Of a stretch of 20,000 bases of DNA, positions 7,342-14,930 are shown one piece after another. The notes under the pieces were generated by a model that saw only the letters and a list, made by a program, of their open reading frames with translations, searched no databases and was not told where the DNA came from. Every line of letters begins with the position of its first letter. Within the stretch, counting starts at the first letter, position 1. Source of the stretch: an uncultured virus (IMG/VR IMGVR_UViG_2811995017_000002) (taxonomy: Duplodnaviria > Heunggongvirae > Uroviricota > Caudoviricetes); the IMG/VR virus record IMGVR_UViG_2811995017_000002, positions 44,651 through 64,650 of that record. One strand, 5' to 3'. The translations under genes and the position numbers were made by a program.

Positions 7342-7591
7342 TGCGCCCCAAAATCTATCGTACACGGCTACGGCAGATAGTGTAACGGTGAAATGGGACC
7401 CGGTAGATGGGGCGACATCATACAAAGTTTATAGAGGCGAGGCCAAAAACTTAGATGCTGAAGTAGCTGGACCGCCTCATACATTGACAGGTATCACGGC
7501 AGATACACAGCTCACGGTTAACGTGACGGCGGTTAATGCGGCGGGCGAATCGCCGATGAGCGAGATCGTTACTCGCACCACAGCATCTTAA
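7337..7591 (+). CDS. Fibronectin type III extension of the major tail protein, reached by +1 frameshift
   Basis: PNAPQNL...SVTVKWDPVDGATSYKVY...VTAVNAAGES is an Fn3 pattern. It has no SD-associated start of its own and lies in the +1 frame at CCC-TAA (7336-7341). Confidence 0.85.
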   Translation, partial: PNAPQNLSYTATADSVTVKWDPVDGATSYKVYRGEAKNLDAEVAGPPHTLTGITADTQLTVNVTAVNAAGESPMSEIVTRTTAS

Positions 7592-7603
7592 TTAAAAATT
7601 AAC

Positions 7604-7628
7604 GGGGCGCCTTGCGGGCGTCCTTTTT
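7604..7628 (+). terminator. Intrinsic terminator after the major tail/Fn3 gene
   Basis: GGGCGCC-ttgcg-GGCGTCC (one G-U pair) followed by TTTTT. Confidence 0.7.
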
Positions 7629-7647
7629 CTATAGGAGGAATTGGAAT

Positions 7648-8013
7648 ATGGCACGTTTTGAAATCGAAGGAAATGAATACGAACTCAAGCTAACATACGC
7701 AAGTGTTGAATACTTAAACGGACTTTACAAAGGTGGCTCATTCGAATTGATCGGGAAGGCTCTTATGGGTGATCTCGAAGCATTCCCGAATATCGTTCAT
7801 GCCGGACTATTCCATACCGGAAAGAACTTCTCGATCAAAAAAGTTCGCGAGGCAATCGAAGCCGCAATTTCGGAAGAAAAGCTCGATATGGACGAAATTA
7901 TGAAGCTTTCAAACGAGGTAGTTTCTAAAAGTTTTTTCTACAAGAAGACGGTCGAGAAGATTCTGAAGAAAGATCCACAGGCAGCGAAAATGCTAGCGGA
8001 CTTTCTGAAATAG
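7648..8013 (+). CDS. Tail assembly chaperone (lambda gpG analogue)
   Basis: SD AGGAGG at 7633-7638 supports ATG 7648 rather than TTG 7612. Begins MARFEIEGNEYELKL and lies between the tail tube and tape measure genes. Confidence 0.85.
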   Translation: MARFEIEGNEYELKLTYASVEYLNGLYKGGSFELIGKALMGDLEAFPNIVHAGLFHTGKNFSIKKVREAIEAAISEEKLDMDEIMKLSNEVVSKSFFYKKTVEKILKKDPQAAKMLADFLK

Positions 8014-8315
8014 AGGAAGTATTTCACGCCGGCTGGCGTTTTCTTGGGAAATCTCCGGAGGAAATACGGAAGCTAACTCCACGTGAATTCTACGTTTTGT
8101 TAGACGCAGAACAGGAGCGGAAGTATGACCGTTTCGAAGAGCACGCGTTAACCGCAATGATGATCGGAAAAGTCAACAACGCGCGGAAACGCATTAAACT
8201 CAGCGATCTATTCAAACGCCCAGAAAAATCGGACGTATCAACGCAAAAAGCCGAAGACTTGTTCGAAAAGCAACAGAAAGCCAGCGAATGGCTGTCGCAA
8301 TTTGAAATCGAATAG
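7938..8315 (+). CDS. Tail assembly chaperone C-terminal part (gpT analogue), reached by -1 frameshift
   Basis: The -1 frame is open from 7929 to 8315, with the slippery heptamer T TTT TTC at 7932-7938. It encodes SPEEIRKLTPREF, a gpT-like motif, upstream of the track's 8097 start. Confidence 0.8.
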   Translation, partial: LQEDGREDSEERSTGSENASGLSEIEEVFHAGWRFLGKSPEEIRKLTPREFYVLLDAEQERKYDRFEEHALTAMMIGKVNNARKRIKLSDLFKRPEKSDVSTQKAEDLFEKQQKASEWLSQFEIE

Positions 8316-8329
8316 AAAGGAGGGGCTAA

Positions 8330-11300
8330 ATGGCGGATCATACTATTAACGTCCGAATAGGCGCTACAATAACGGATCTGACACGCTCTTTGTCTGAGGC
8401 ACAATCGCGAATATCTTCTTTTGGACAGGAAATGGCGGGATTTTCTCGATCGATTGCGTTAGGTTTCGGGGCCGCAGCGACCGGAATGGCTGCCGGCCTT
8501 TCTGCTACTGTCACCAAGTCTGCCGAATTTGATACTGCTATGCGAAAAGCTGGCGCAATTGCCGGGGCTACCGGAAGCGATTTTCAGAAAATGCGGGATT
8601 CAGCATTAGAACTAGGCGCTTCAACTACGCAGACATCGTCTCAAGTAGCAGAAGCTATGACGGAACTTGCCGCAAAAGGATTTGACGCGAACCAGGTTAT
8701 CGCTGCCATGCCCGGAATTATAGCCGCCGCGGAGGCTTCGGGTGAGGATCTTGCTTTAACAAGTGACACTATCACATCGGCATTAAACGCTTTCAACATG
8801 AAAGCAAGCGAATCTGGGAGAGTTGCTGATGTCTTGGCGATGACCGCGAATAAGTCAGCTGCGGGTATGACATCACTACAGTACGCTTTCAAATACGCAG
8901 CGGGACCGGCGGCGCAGCTCGGCATATCATTGGAGGAACTTGCGGCCGCTACGGGGATAATGGTCGATGCTGGACTCGCGGGCGAGCAGGCGGGTACGAC
9001 GCTACGATCTGCTTTACTTCGGCTAGTTGATCCACCAAAGCGGGCGGCTAATACCTTAGAGGATCTCGGCGTAACAACTGTTGACCAAAACGGTAATTTC
9101 CGGTCATTAAAAGACATTATCGGCCAGCTACAAAAAGGTATGGCGGGCATGACCGACGCTCAGAAATCAGCGGCTCTCGCAAGCATATTCGGTACTGAAG
9201 CAGTTACCGGAATGATGGCGGTTGTTTCGAAGGGACCCGACGCGTTGGGCGAGTTTACGAAAGAGCTAGAAAACTCCGGTGGCGCAGCAGCGAAAGCCGC
9301 AAAGCAAATGAAAGAAGGTATCGGCGGTTCTCTTGAACATTTGAGCGGGGCGTTCGAATCATTCGCGATAACAATAGGGGATCAGCTTGCTCCCTACGTT
9401 TCGGCTGCGGCTGACAAGATCGCTGATTTAACTGAGCGCTTCAACAAACTGAGTGATGGTACGAAGAAATTTATCGCAGTAACTGCGGCCATTGTTACTG
9501 GATTAGTAGCCTTTATAGCGATTTCGGCAGCAACAGTAACAGCAGTCGCTTCCTTCTCGTCCAGTCTCGGTACACTCGCCTTCGCACTTAACACAACCCG
9601 AAAAGCGCTTTTACTAACAATGTTTCAGTTCACGCTGGGAATAGGCGCCGTTATCGCATTAGCAGCCGCATTCGCCTACGTCTACGAGAATAGCGACACG
9701 GTCCGCGAAAAACTTCAGGATTTAGGAAACAAACTGGGGCAGAAGGTAACTCCGGTAGTAAAAAACTTGACCGCGCTGTTCAAAGGACTCGCGGAAACGC
9801 TAACTGGCGACTTCACGAAAGGCTCAATCGCTTTACACAATCTTTTGCCGCCTTCTGTTGCGAATGTCGTCGTCAAAGGAGTCGCAATTATCCGAGGCGC
9901 ATTCGAGGATTTGAAAAAGGCAATATCTGACGCCTTTAACGGAGATTTCTCAGGGTTCGCGGAATTCATTCCGAATATCATCGGAATCATAGTCGGCGGT
10001 ATTCCGGGATTGATCGTTGCGGGTTCGAAATACCTCCCGGCAATAGCGCAAGGCATTCAGCAGAACATGCCGACCATTCTCAATACTGCGGTTAATATTG
10101 TGAATTCTTTCGTCAATATGATCGTCACGAATCTACCTATAATTTTACAAGCGGGCATTCAGATCATCCAAGGTTTGTTGAACGGATTTACTCAAGCGTT
10201 GCCGAGTATTCTAACGGCCGCAACTCAGATCATCAATTCGTTAGTTCAAGCGATCGTTACGTTATTACCTGCGCTGATCGGCGCCGGTATTTTGATCCTG
10301 ACTTCACTGATCCAAGGAATAGTCGAGGCGCTACCGCAGATCATCCAAGCGGCCACAACGATGCTGACGACGCTGATTAATACGATCGTAACGCTTATGC
10401 CAATGATTATCCAGGCCGGAATACAAATTTTAAATGCGTTAATTTCTGGAATTATCCAGGTTCTTCCGCAATTAATTGAAGCGGCGTTGCAGCTAATACT
10501 CGCGCTTGCAAACGCAATTATTGAGAATTTGCCGACGATTATTGACGCCGGTATCCAGATTCTAAATAGCTTGATTGACGGCATCATTCAAATTCTTCCG
10601 CAACTCATCGAAATGGCGATTTATCTAGTCGTTACTATAGCGCAAGCGTTAATCGAAAATTTGCCGAAAATCATTGATGCCGGGATTCAGTTACTGCTTG
10701 CTCTTATTGACGGGATTCTCCAAAACCTACCGCAATTAATTGAGGCAGCGATAGAGCTCATCTTTGCTATTGCGCAGGCTTTGATAGACCATCTTCCTGA
10801 AATACTGGATGCCGGGATGCAAATTCTCATGGCGGTAGTTGACGGGATTATGCAGTTGTTACCGGAATTATTTTCAGTGGGTATGGAAATTGTCGGTGAA
10901 ATTGCGGGCTCAATTATAGACAACAGTGGCGAAATTTTCAACGCCGGAGCAGACCTAATGCATGGTTTGTGGGACGGAATTTGGTCCATGAAAGATTGGA
11001 TCGGACAAAAAATCGGCGACTTTATGGGCGGAATCACAAAGGATATTAAAGATACCTTCGGAATTCACTCACCATCCCGCGTATTCCGTGACGAAATCGG
11101 TAAGTTCCTTCCGATGGGTCTTGCGGTAGGTATCGAGCGCAATATCGGCGTAGTCAAAGCGGCGGCTAACGAAATGGCAAACGCGGCTCTGTTTGACGCA
11201 CAGGACTACTCGTATACGGTTGACGCAGCGTATAACCGAAGCGTACCGTTAAGTTTTTCTAGAGACGATTATGCTTCCGGAAATAACTCCGTTTCTCCGA

Positions 11301-11431
11301 TTAATATTACGCTTAATTATAGCGGAAGTGGGTCGAGAGAAGATGCGGAGAAGATGTACGATCTGATCCAAAGCAAATTCAACGAAGATTTCCGCATTCA
11401 GCAACGAATTAGCGGCGTCAAAGGTGGGTGA
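8330..11431 (+). CDS. Tape measure protein (TP901 family)
   Basis: 1033 aa, Ala/Gly-rich. TP901-type core (AGEQAGTTLRSAL, IFGTEA), 22-aa amphipathic repeats and C-terminal GIHSPSRVF; SD AGAAAGGAGG. Confidence 0.95.
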   Translation: MADHTINVRIGATITDLTRSLSEAQSRISSFGQEMAGFSRSIALGFGAAATGMAAGLSATVTKSAEFDTAMRKAGAIAGATGSDFQKMRDSALELGASTTQTSSQVAEAMTELAAKGFDANQVIAAMPGIIAAAEASGEDLALTSDTITSALNAFNMKASESGRVADVLAMTANKSAAGMTSLQYAFKYAAGPAAQLGISLEELAAATGIMVDAGLAGEQAGTTLRSALLRLVDPPKRAANTLEDLGVTTVDQNGNFRSLKDIIGQLQKGMAGMTDAQKSAALASIFGTEAVTGMMAVVSKGPDALGEFTKELENSGGAAAKAAKQMKEGIGGSLEHLSGAFESFAITIGDQLAPYVSAAADKIADLTERFNKLSDGTKKFIAVTAAIVTGLVAFIAISAATVTAVASFSSSLGTLAFALNTTRKALLLTMFQFTLGIGAVIALAAAFAYVYENSDTVREKLQDLGNKLGQKVTPVVKNLTALFKGLAETLTGDFTKGSIALHNLLPPSVANVVVKGVAIIRGAFEDLKKAISDAFNGDFSGFAEFIPNIIGIIVGGIPGLIVAGSKYLPAIAQGIQQNMPTILNTAVNIVNSFVNMIVTNLPIILQAGIQIIQGLLNGFTQALPSILTAATQIINSLVQAIVTLLPALIGAGILILTSLIQGIVEALPQIIQAATTMLTTLINTIVTLMPMIIQAGIQILNALISGIIQVLPQLIEAALQLILALANAIIENLPTIIDAGIQILNSLIDGIIQILPQLIEMAIYLVVTIAQALIENLPKIIDAGIQLLLALIDGILQNLPQLIEAAIELIFAIAQALIDHLPEILDAGMQILMAVVDGIMQLLPELFSVGMEIVGEIAGSIIDNSGEIFNAGADLMHGLWDGIWSMKDWIGQKIGDFMGGITKDIKDTFGIHSPSRVFRDEIGKFLPMGLAVGIERNIGVVKAAANEMANAALFDAQDYSYTVDAAYNRSVPLSFSRDDYASGNNSVSPINITLNYSGSGSREDAEKMYDLIQSKFNEDFRIQQRISGVKGG
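10067..10924 (+). repeat. Thirteen 22-aa (66-bp) repeats in the tape measure gene, alternating in a 44-aa super-period
   Basis: LP/MP recurs every 22 residues, e.g. LPTIIDAGIQILNSLIDGIIQI alternating with LPQLIEAALQLILALANAIIEN. Confidence 0.85.
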
Positions 11432-11438
11432 TTAACGA

Positions 11439-12260
11439 ATGGATTTAACAATCGAAAGACTAAACGGAGATAAATACGTCCTGTCCGAACACGGAATAGT
11501 TACGCGTGATTTCGTCATCGATTCACCCGAGGCAATTAACGCAACTGAAACGGTAGAAGGCATGGACGGAGTGATCGACGCTGGAACAACGTATGGACCT
11601 CGAACAATGACGGGGTCCTTTTATTTTAAGGCGGTAGATTTATACGATTATCCACTGTTGCGAAACGAAGTCTATCGGATTTTTCAATCGAAAGAAGCGT
11701 TTTATATTATCGATTCGCGGGAGCCTTGGCGTCGTTGGCTCGCTAAAGTTGACGGAAAGTTTTCGCCGGATCAGCAACGCATATACGGCTTTATAGAGGT
11801 TCCGTTTATCAGCGCCAGTCCTTACGCTGAGTCAGTCGGAACGTCTCTTTCGAATTTCACAACCGATGTAAACTTATGGGGATTCGGCAACGGTTTATTC
11901 GCGGAGGATTACCAGTACGTACACACAGATAAGTCTTTTCGGATATACAACGCAGGCGATGCGACGGTTGATCCGAGGAATAAACCGTTAAAGATTACGA
12001 TTAAATCGAAAAAGAATATCTCGAAGGTTTCTATCGGCTTATACAACGCAACAACCAAAGACGAATGGACGTATACCGGAAGCATGAATACGACTCTTCC
12101 GATCGTCATCAACGGCACACGGACGGTAAGGAGCGCGACGTCATTGACCGATAAAACGAATTACGGTCTTATTACGCTTGCTCCCGGATGGAACAGTATA
12201 CAAGTATCTGGCGAAGAAATAGCGGAAGTCTCGTTCGACTTTCGCTTTTATTATTTATAA
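11439..12260 (+). CDS. Distal tail protein (Dit, Sipho_tail family)
   Basis: Directly after the tape measure gene. Contains V.GMDG....GTTYGPR, F.IYNAGD..VDPR and ITLAPGWNSI, and ends FDFRFYYL. Confidence 0.9.
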   Translation: MDLTIERLNGDKYVLSEHGIVTRDFVIDSPEAINATETVEGMDGVIDAGTTYGPRTMTGSFYFKAVDLYDYPLLRNEVYRIFQSKEAFYIIDSREPWRRWLAKVDGKFSPDQQRIYGFIEVPFISASPYAESVGTSLSNFTTDVNLWGFGNGLFAEDYQYVHTDKSFRIYNAGDATVDPRNKPLKITIKSKKNISKVSIGLYNATTKDEWTYTGSMNTTLPIVINGTRTVRSATSLTDKTNYGLITLAPGWNSIQVSGEEIAEVSFDFRFYYL

Positions 12261-12281
12261 ACACGGAAGGGAGGCGGATAT

Positions 12282-14930
12282 ATGGCGAATATTAAAGACG
12301 TAAAAGCGCCATTAGACCGCGAATTTCGGAACACGATAAACGAAAATTTCCGGGCTATGAACGGAGACGTATCGGCATCAAAGGCGCAAATGGACGAGGC
12401 GCTTTCGGAAGCGAAGGCCGCAAAGACTACGGCTGGTCAGGCGTTAACCACCGCAGGCGATGCCGAACGTGTTGCGAAAAATGTTCAGGAGCAATTTAAC
12501 GGAGTTGTGCTCGAAGGTTCTATCGATCCGGAAACCGCACAAGCTCGCGTTGACTATAACGGAAAAGAATACTCAACGCTAAAAGAGCGTATCGACGCTA
12601 ACCAAGTCGAAGTCATGTCGACTCAATCATCGGTCCAATCGCTTAGTCTTAACGCGCTGGACTTCAAAGAAGAAGGCGATACGGACGCGGTGGCCATTAA
12701 CAAAGCGATTGAGTACGCATCTCAAAACGGACTCGGCAACGTACACATTTCGAAGGACGTAACACTGGATGCTCCGATCTACGCGAAAAGTAATATTCGA
12801 ATCACAAGCGATCCGGCTGCGAAGATTGAGGCGAACGGAGGATACGGAATCGTTGTCGAAGGCTCCATCGGCGAGGAAATCCCAATTGCGGCTAACCTGA
12901 CGATGGGTAGCACGGTTATAGAAACAACGGTAGAGCACGGACTCAAAGTCGGTGATTTAGTCCGTATTAAATCGCAAAGGGATGCGTTATCTGCCGACGC
13001 TGGAGATAACTGGCGTTTAGGATATGCGACGGCTTCCGTACCTGGTTGTTATTTCGGAGAATTTGTACGGGTCAAAACAGTCACGTCAGCGACATCGTTC
13101 GAAATTACGGCAGGGCTTTTATTCCCGGACTATCGGACAGACAGCGCAAATGAAACGGCTTCGACTGCGCGGGCGACAACAACGATTCAGAAGGTAACGC
13201 CAATTGAAAACGTCATTATTGACGGGCTTAACTTTACAGGGAAAGCAAGCCGTTTTATTACCTTTAAGTACGCTAATCACTGTTACACACGAGATAATAC
13301 AGCCTATAGCGTTGCGGACGGATATTTTATTATATTCGAAAATTCTCTCGCCTGTGGCGACAGTGGAAGCCGGATTTACTACGACACCACAACTGCACCG
13401 ACCGAAATATATACGCGAAATGCTTTTAAAGTCGTATCGTCTCAGGCTTGCGGATTCTTCGGATCGTATGCAGAGAACGGTTCACAGCCGTTTGACATCA
13501 CGTATACAACCGGCGAAACTCCTTCGATAAGCTGTTACGTAAACAATTGTGAAACCAAAGGATCAACGCAGAATCCGATGACAAGTCACGGTGGAACTTA
13601 CGCAGTTTCCGTTTTGGGAAACACATTTACCGAATGCCAGGTGAACGGCCCCATGATTCGGACACGATCTTCTAAAATCTCGAATAACACTGTGGTTGGA
13701 GCATCAGACAAATCAAGTTATGGAATAGCTCTATATGAGGGTTGGGCGCGAGACTGTTTGATTACTTCTAATTCGATTTCGGGTTTTAAAGACGGAATTC
13801 GTATAATTGACGGGGCTTCTACTGATCAGCAGTTTAAATGGGTGGGGGCCGTCCTTGCTAACAACACAATTACAAATACAAACCAGGCTTTATACATTTC
13901 TCGTGATCCGTCAAATCAGTTCACCGGTGAAGTCGGCATCGAGATTTTCGGAAATGTCGTAAACAATATGTCCGGATCAATTGCGAAGCCGGTCCGTATA
14001 GAGGCTTACGTTTGCGGCGTTGAGATTCATAACAACATCTTTAACGGATCCGGCGTTTCGAACTATGGTGTTTATGCGCATCCTAACACGAATAGAATCG
14101 CTATCGTACGGAATAAGTTTGTTAATGCTGGGCGGGGGGTTCGCCTTGATGCTCCTACGGATACAACAATCGGAACTCCGATTTGTGAGATTGTAGAGAA
14201 CAAATATCTTGATGGAACTCTATCCGCTGACCAAATTGATGGATGGAAGACGAAGAACAAAGAGATCCTCGGTTTCTTAAATCCGAAACTCGATAACAAA
14301 GAGTCAATCGGTATGAGTTCGAGTAGATGGGCGTATATTTATGTCGCATCAGGGACGATTTCGACTTCAGATAGAAATTACAAGAAGGATATACTCGACG
14401 AACCTCTCGGACTGAATTTCGTTAACCTCCTTAAACCTCGGTCGTACAGGTTTAAAGACGGTACAAACGATCGGACCCACCACGGTCTGATTGCACAGGA
14501 AGTCGAAGAAGTCGTAAATGAACTCGGAATTGTAACGGACGACTTTGCGCCAATTTCTAAGACGCCAGAATACGACGAAGCAGGCAACGAAACTGGAGAA
14601 TTTGTTTACGGACTGCGCTACGAAGAATTAATCGGCCCGTTAATCAAAGCAACGCAAGAGCTTTACGCCCAAGTGCAGGACTTGACCGCCAAAGTAAATA
14701 AACTTTCTCCCGAATCTTCCGGTTCGATTGCGCTTTCGCAAAACGCGGATTTACTTCTGTATCTTGCGGATCAGAGCGATCCGGATTGGTGGTTTAAAAA
14801 TATCCGGATTCTATATTCAAACGGTAAATATTCGAAAGAACAAGTCGCTAAGTACGTGACGCTTTCGAAAATTAGCCGTGAACAGTACGCAGCCATTACC
14901 GGAGAGGTTTACGAGGAGGGCACCGCATGA
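12282..14930 (+). CDS. Tail spike / receptor-binding protein: N-terminal anchor, right-handed beta-helix, Peptidase_S74 intramolecular chaperone, C-terminal XkdX-like domain
   Basis: Anchor motifs LDREFRNTINENF and ETAQARVD..G..Y.TLKERID. DTDAVAINKAI beta-helix cap followed by I.NNT-type rungs. S74 motifs SDRNYKKDI, HHGLIAQEV and LRYEELIGPLIKA.QEL. Confidence 0.85.
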   Translation: MANIKDVKAPLDREFRNTINENFRAMNGDVSASKAQMDEALSEAKAAKTTAGQALTTAGDAERVAKNVQEQFNGVVLEGSIDPETAQARVDYNGKEYSTLKERIDANQVEVMSTQSSVQSLSLNALDFKEEGDTDAVAINKAIEYASQNGLGNVHISKDVTLDAPIYAKSNIRITSDPAAKIEANGGYGIVVEGSIGEEIPIAANLTMGSTVIETTVEHGLKVGDLVRIKSQRDALSADAGDNWRLGYATASVPGCYFGEFVRVKTVTSATSFEITAGLLFPDYRTDSANETASTARATTTIQKVTPIENVIIDGLNFTGKASRFITFKYANHCYTRDNTAYSVADGYFIIFENSLACGDSGSRIYYDTTTAPTEIYTRNAFKVVSSQACGFFGSYAENGSQPFDITYTTGETPSISCYVNNCETKGSTQNPMTSHGGTYAVSVLGNTFTECQVNGPMIRTRSSKISNNTVVGASDKSSYGIALYEGWARDCLITSNSISGFKDGIRIIDGASTDQQFKWVGAVLANNTITNTNQALYISRDPSNQFTGEVGIEIFGNVVNNMSGSIAKPVRIEAYVCGVEIHNNIFNGSGVSNYGVYAHPNTNRIAIVRNKFVNAGRGVRLDAPTDTTIGTPICEIVENKYLDGTLSADQIDGWKTKNKEILGFLNPKLDNKESIGMSSSRWAYIYVASGTISTSDRNYKKDILDEPLGLNFVNLLKPRSYRFKDGTNDRTHHGLIAQEVEEVVNELGIVTDDFAPISKTPEYDEAGNETGEFVYGLRYEELIGPLIKATQELYAQVQDLTAKVNKLSPESSGSIALSQNADLLLYLADQSDPDWWFKNIRILYSNGKYSKEQVAKYVTLSKISREQYAAITGEVYEEGTA

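Noticed and set aside
7612..7647. TTG start at 7612 for the tail chaperone
   Set aside because: It lies within the terminator hairpin; SD AGGAGG supports ATG 7648.
8641..11037. Series of antisense ORFs (66-169 aa) under the tape measure gene, and similar shadow ORFs under the portal, capsid, spike and Tal genes
   Set aside because: They mirror the codon bias and repeats of the sense genes and show no recognisable motifs.
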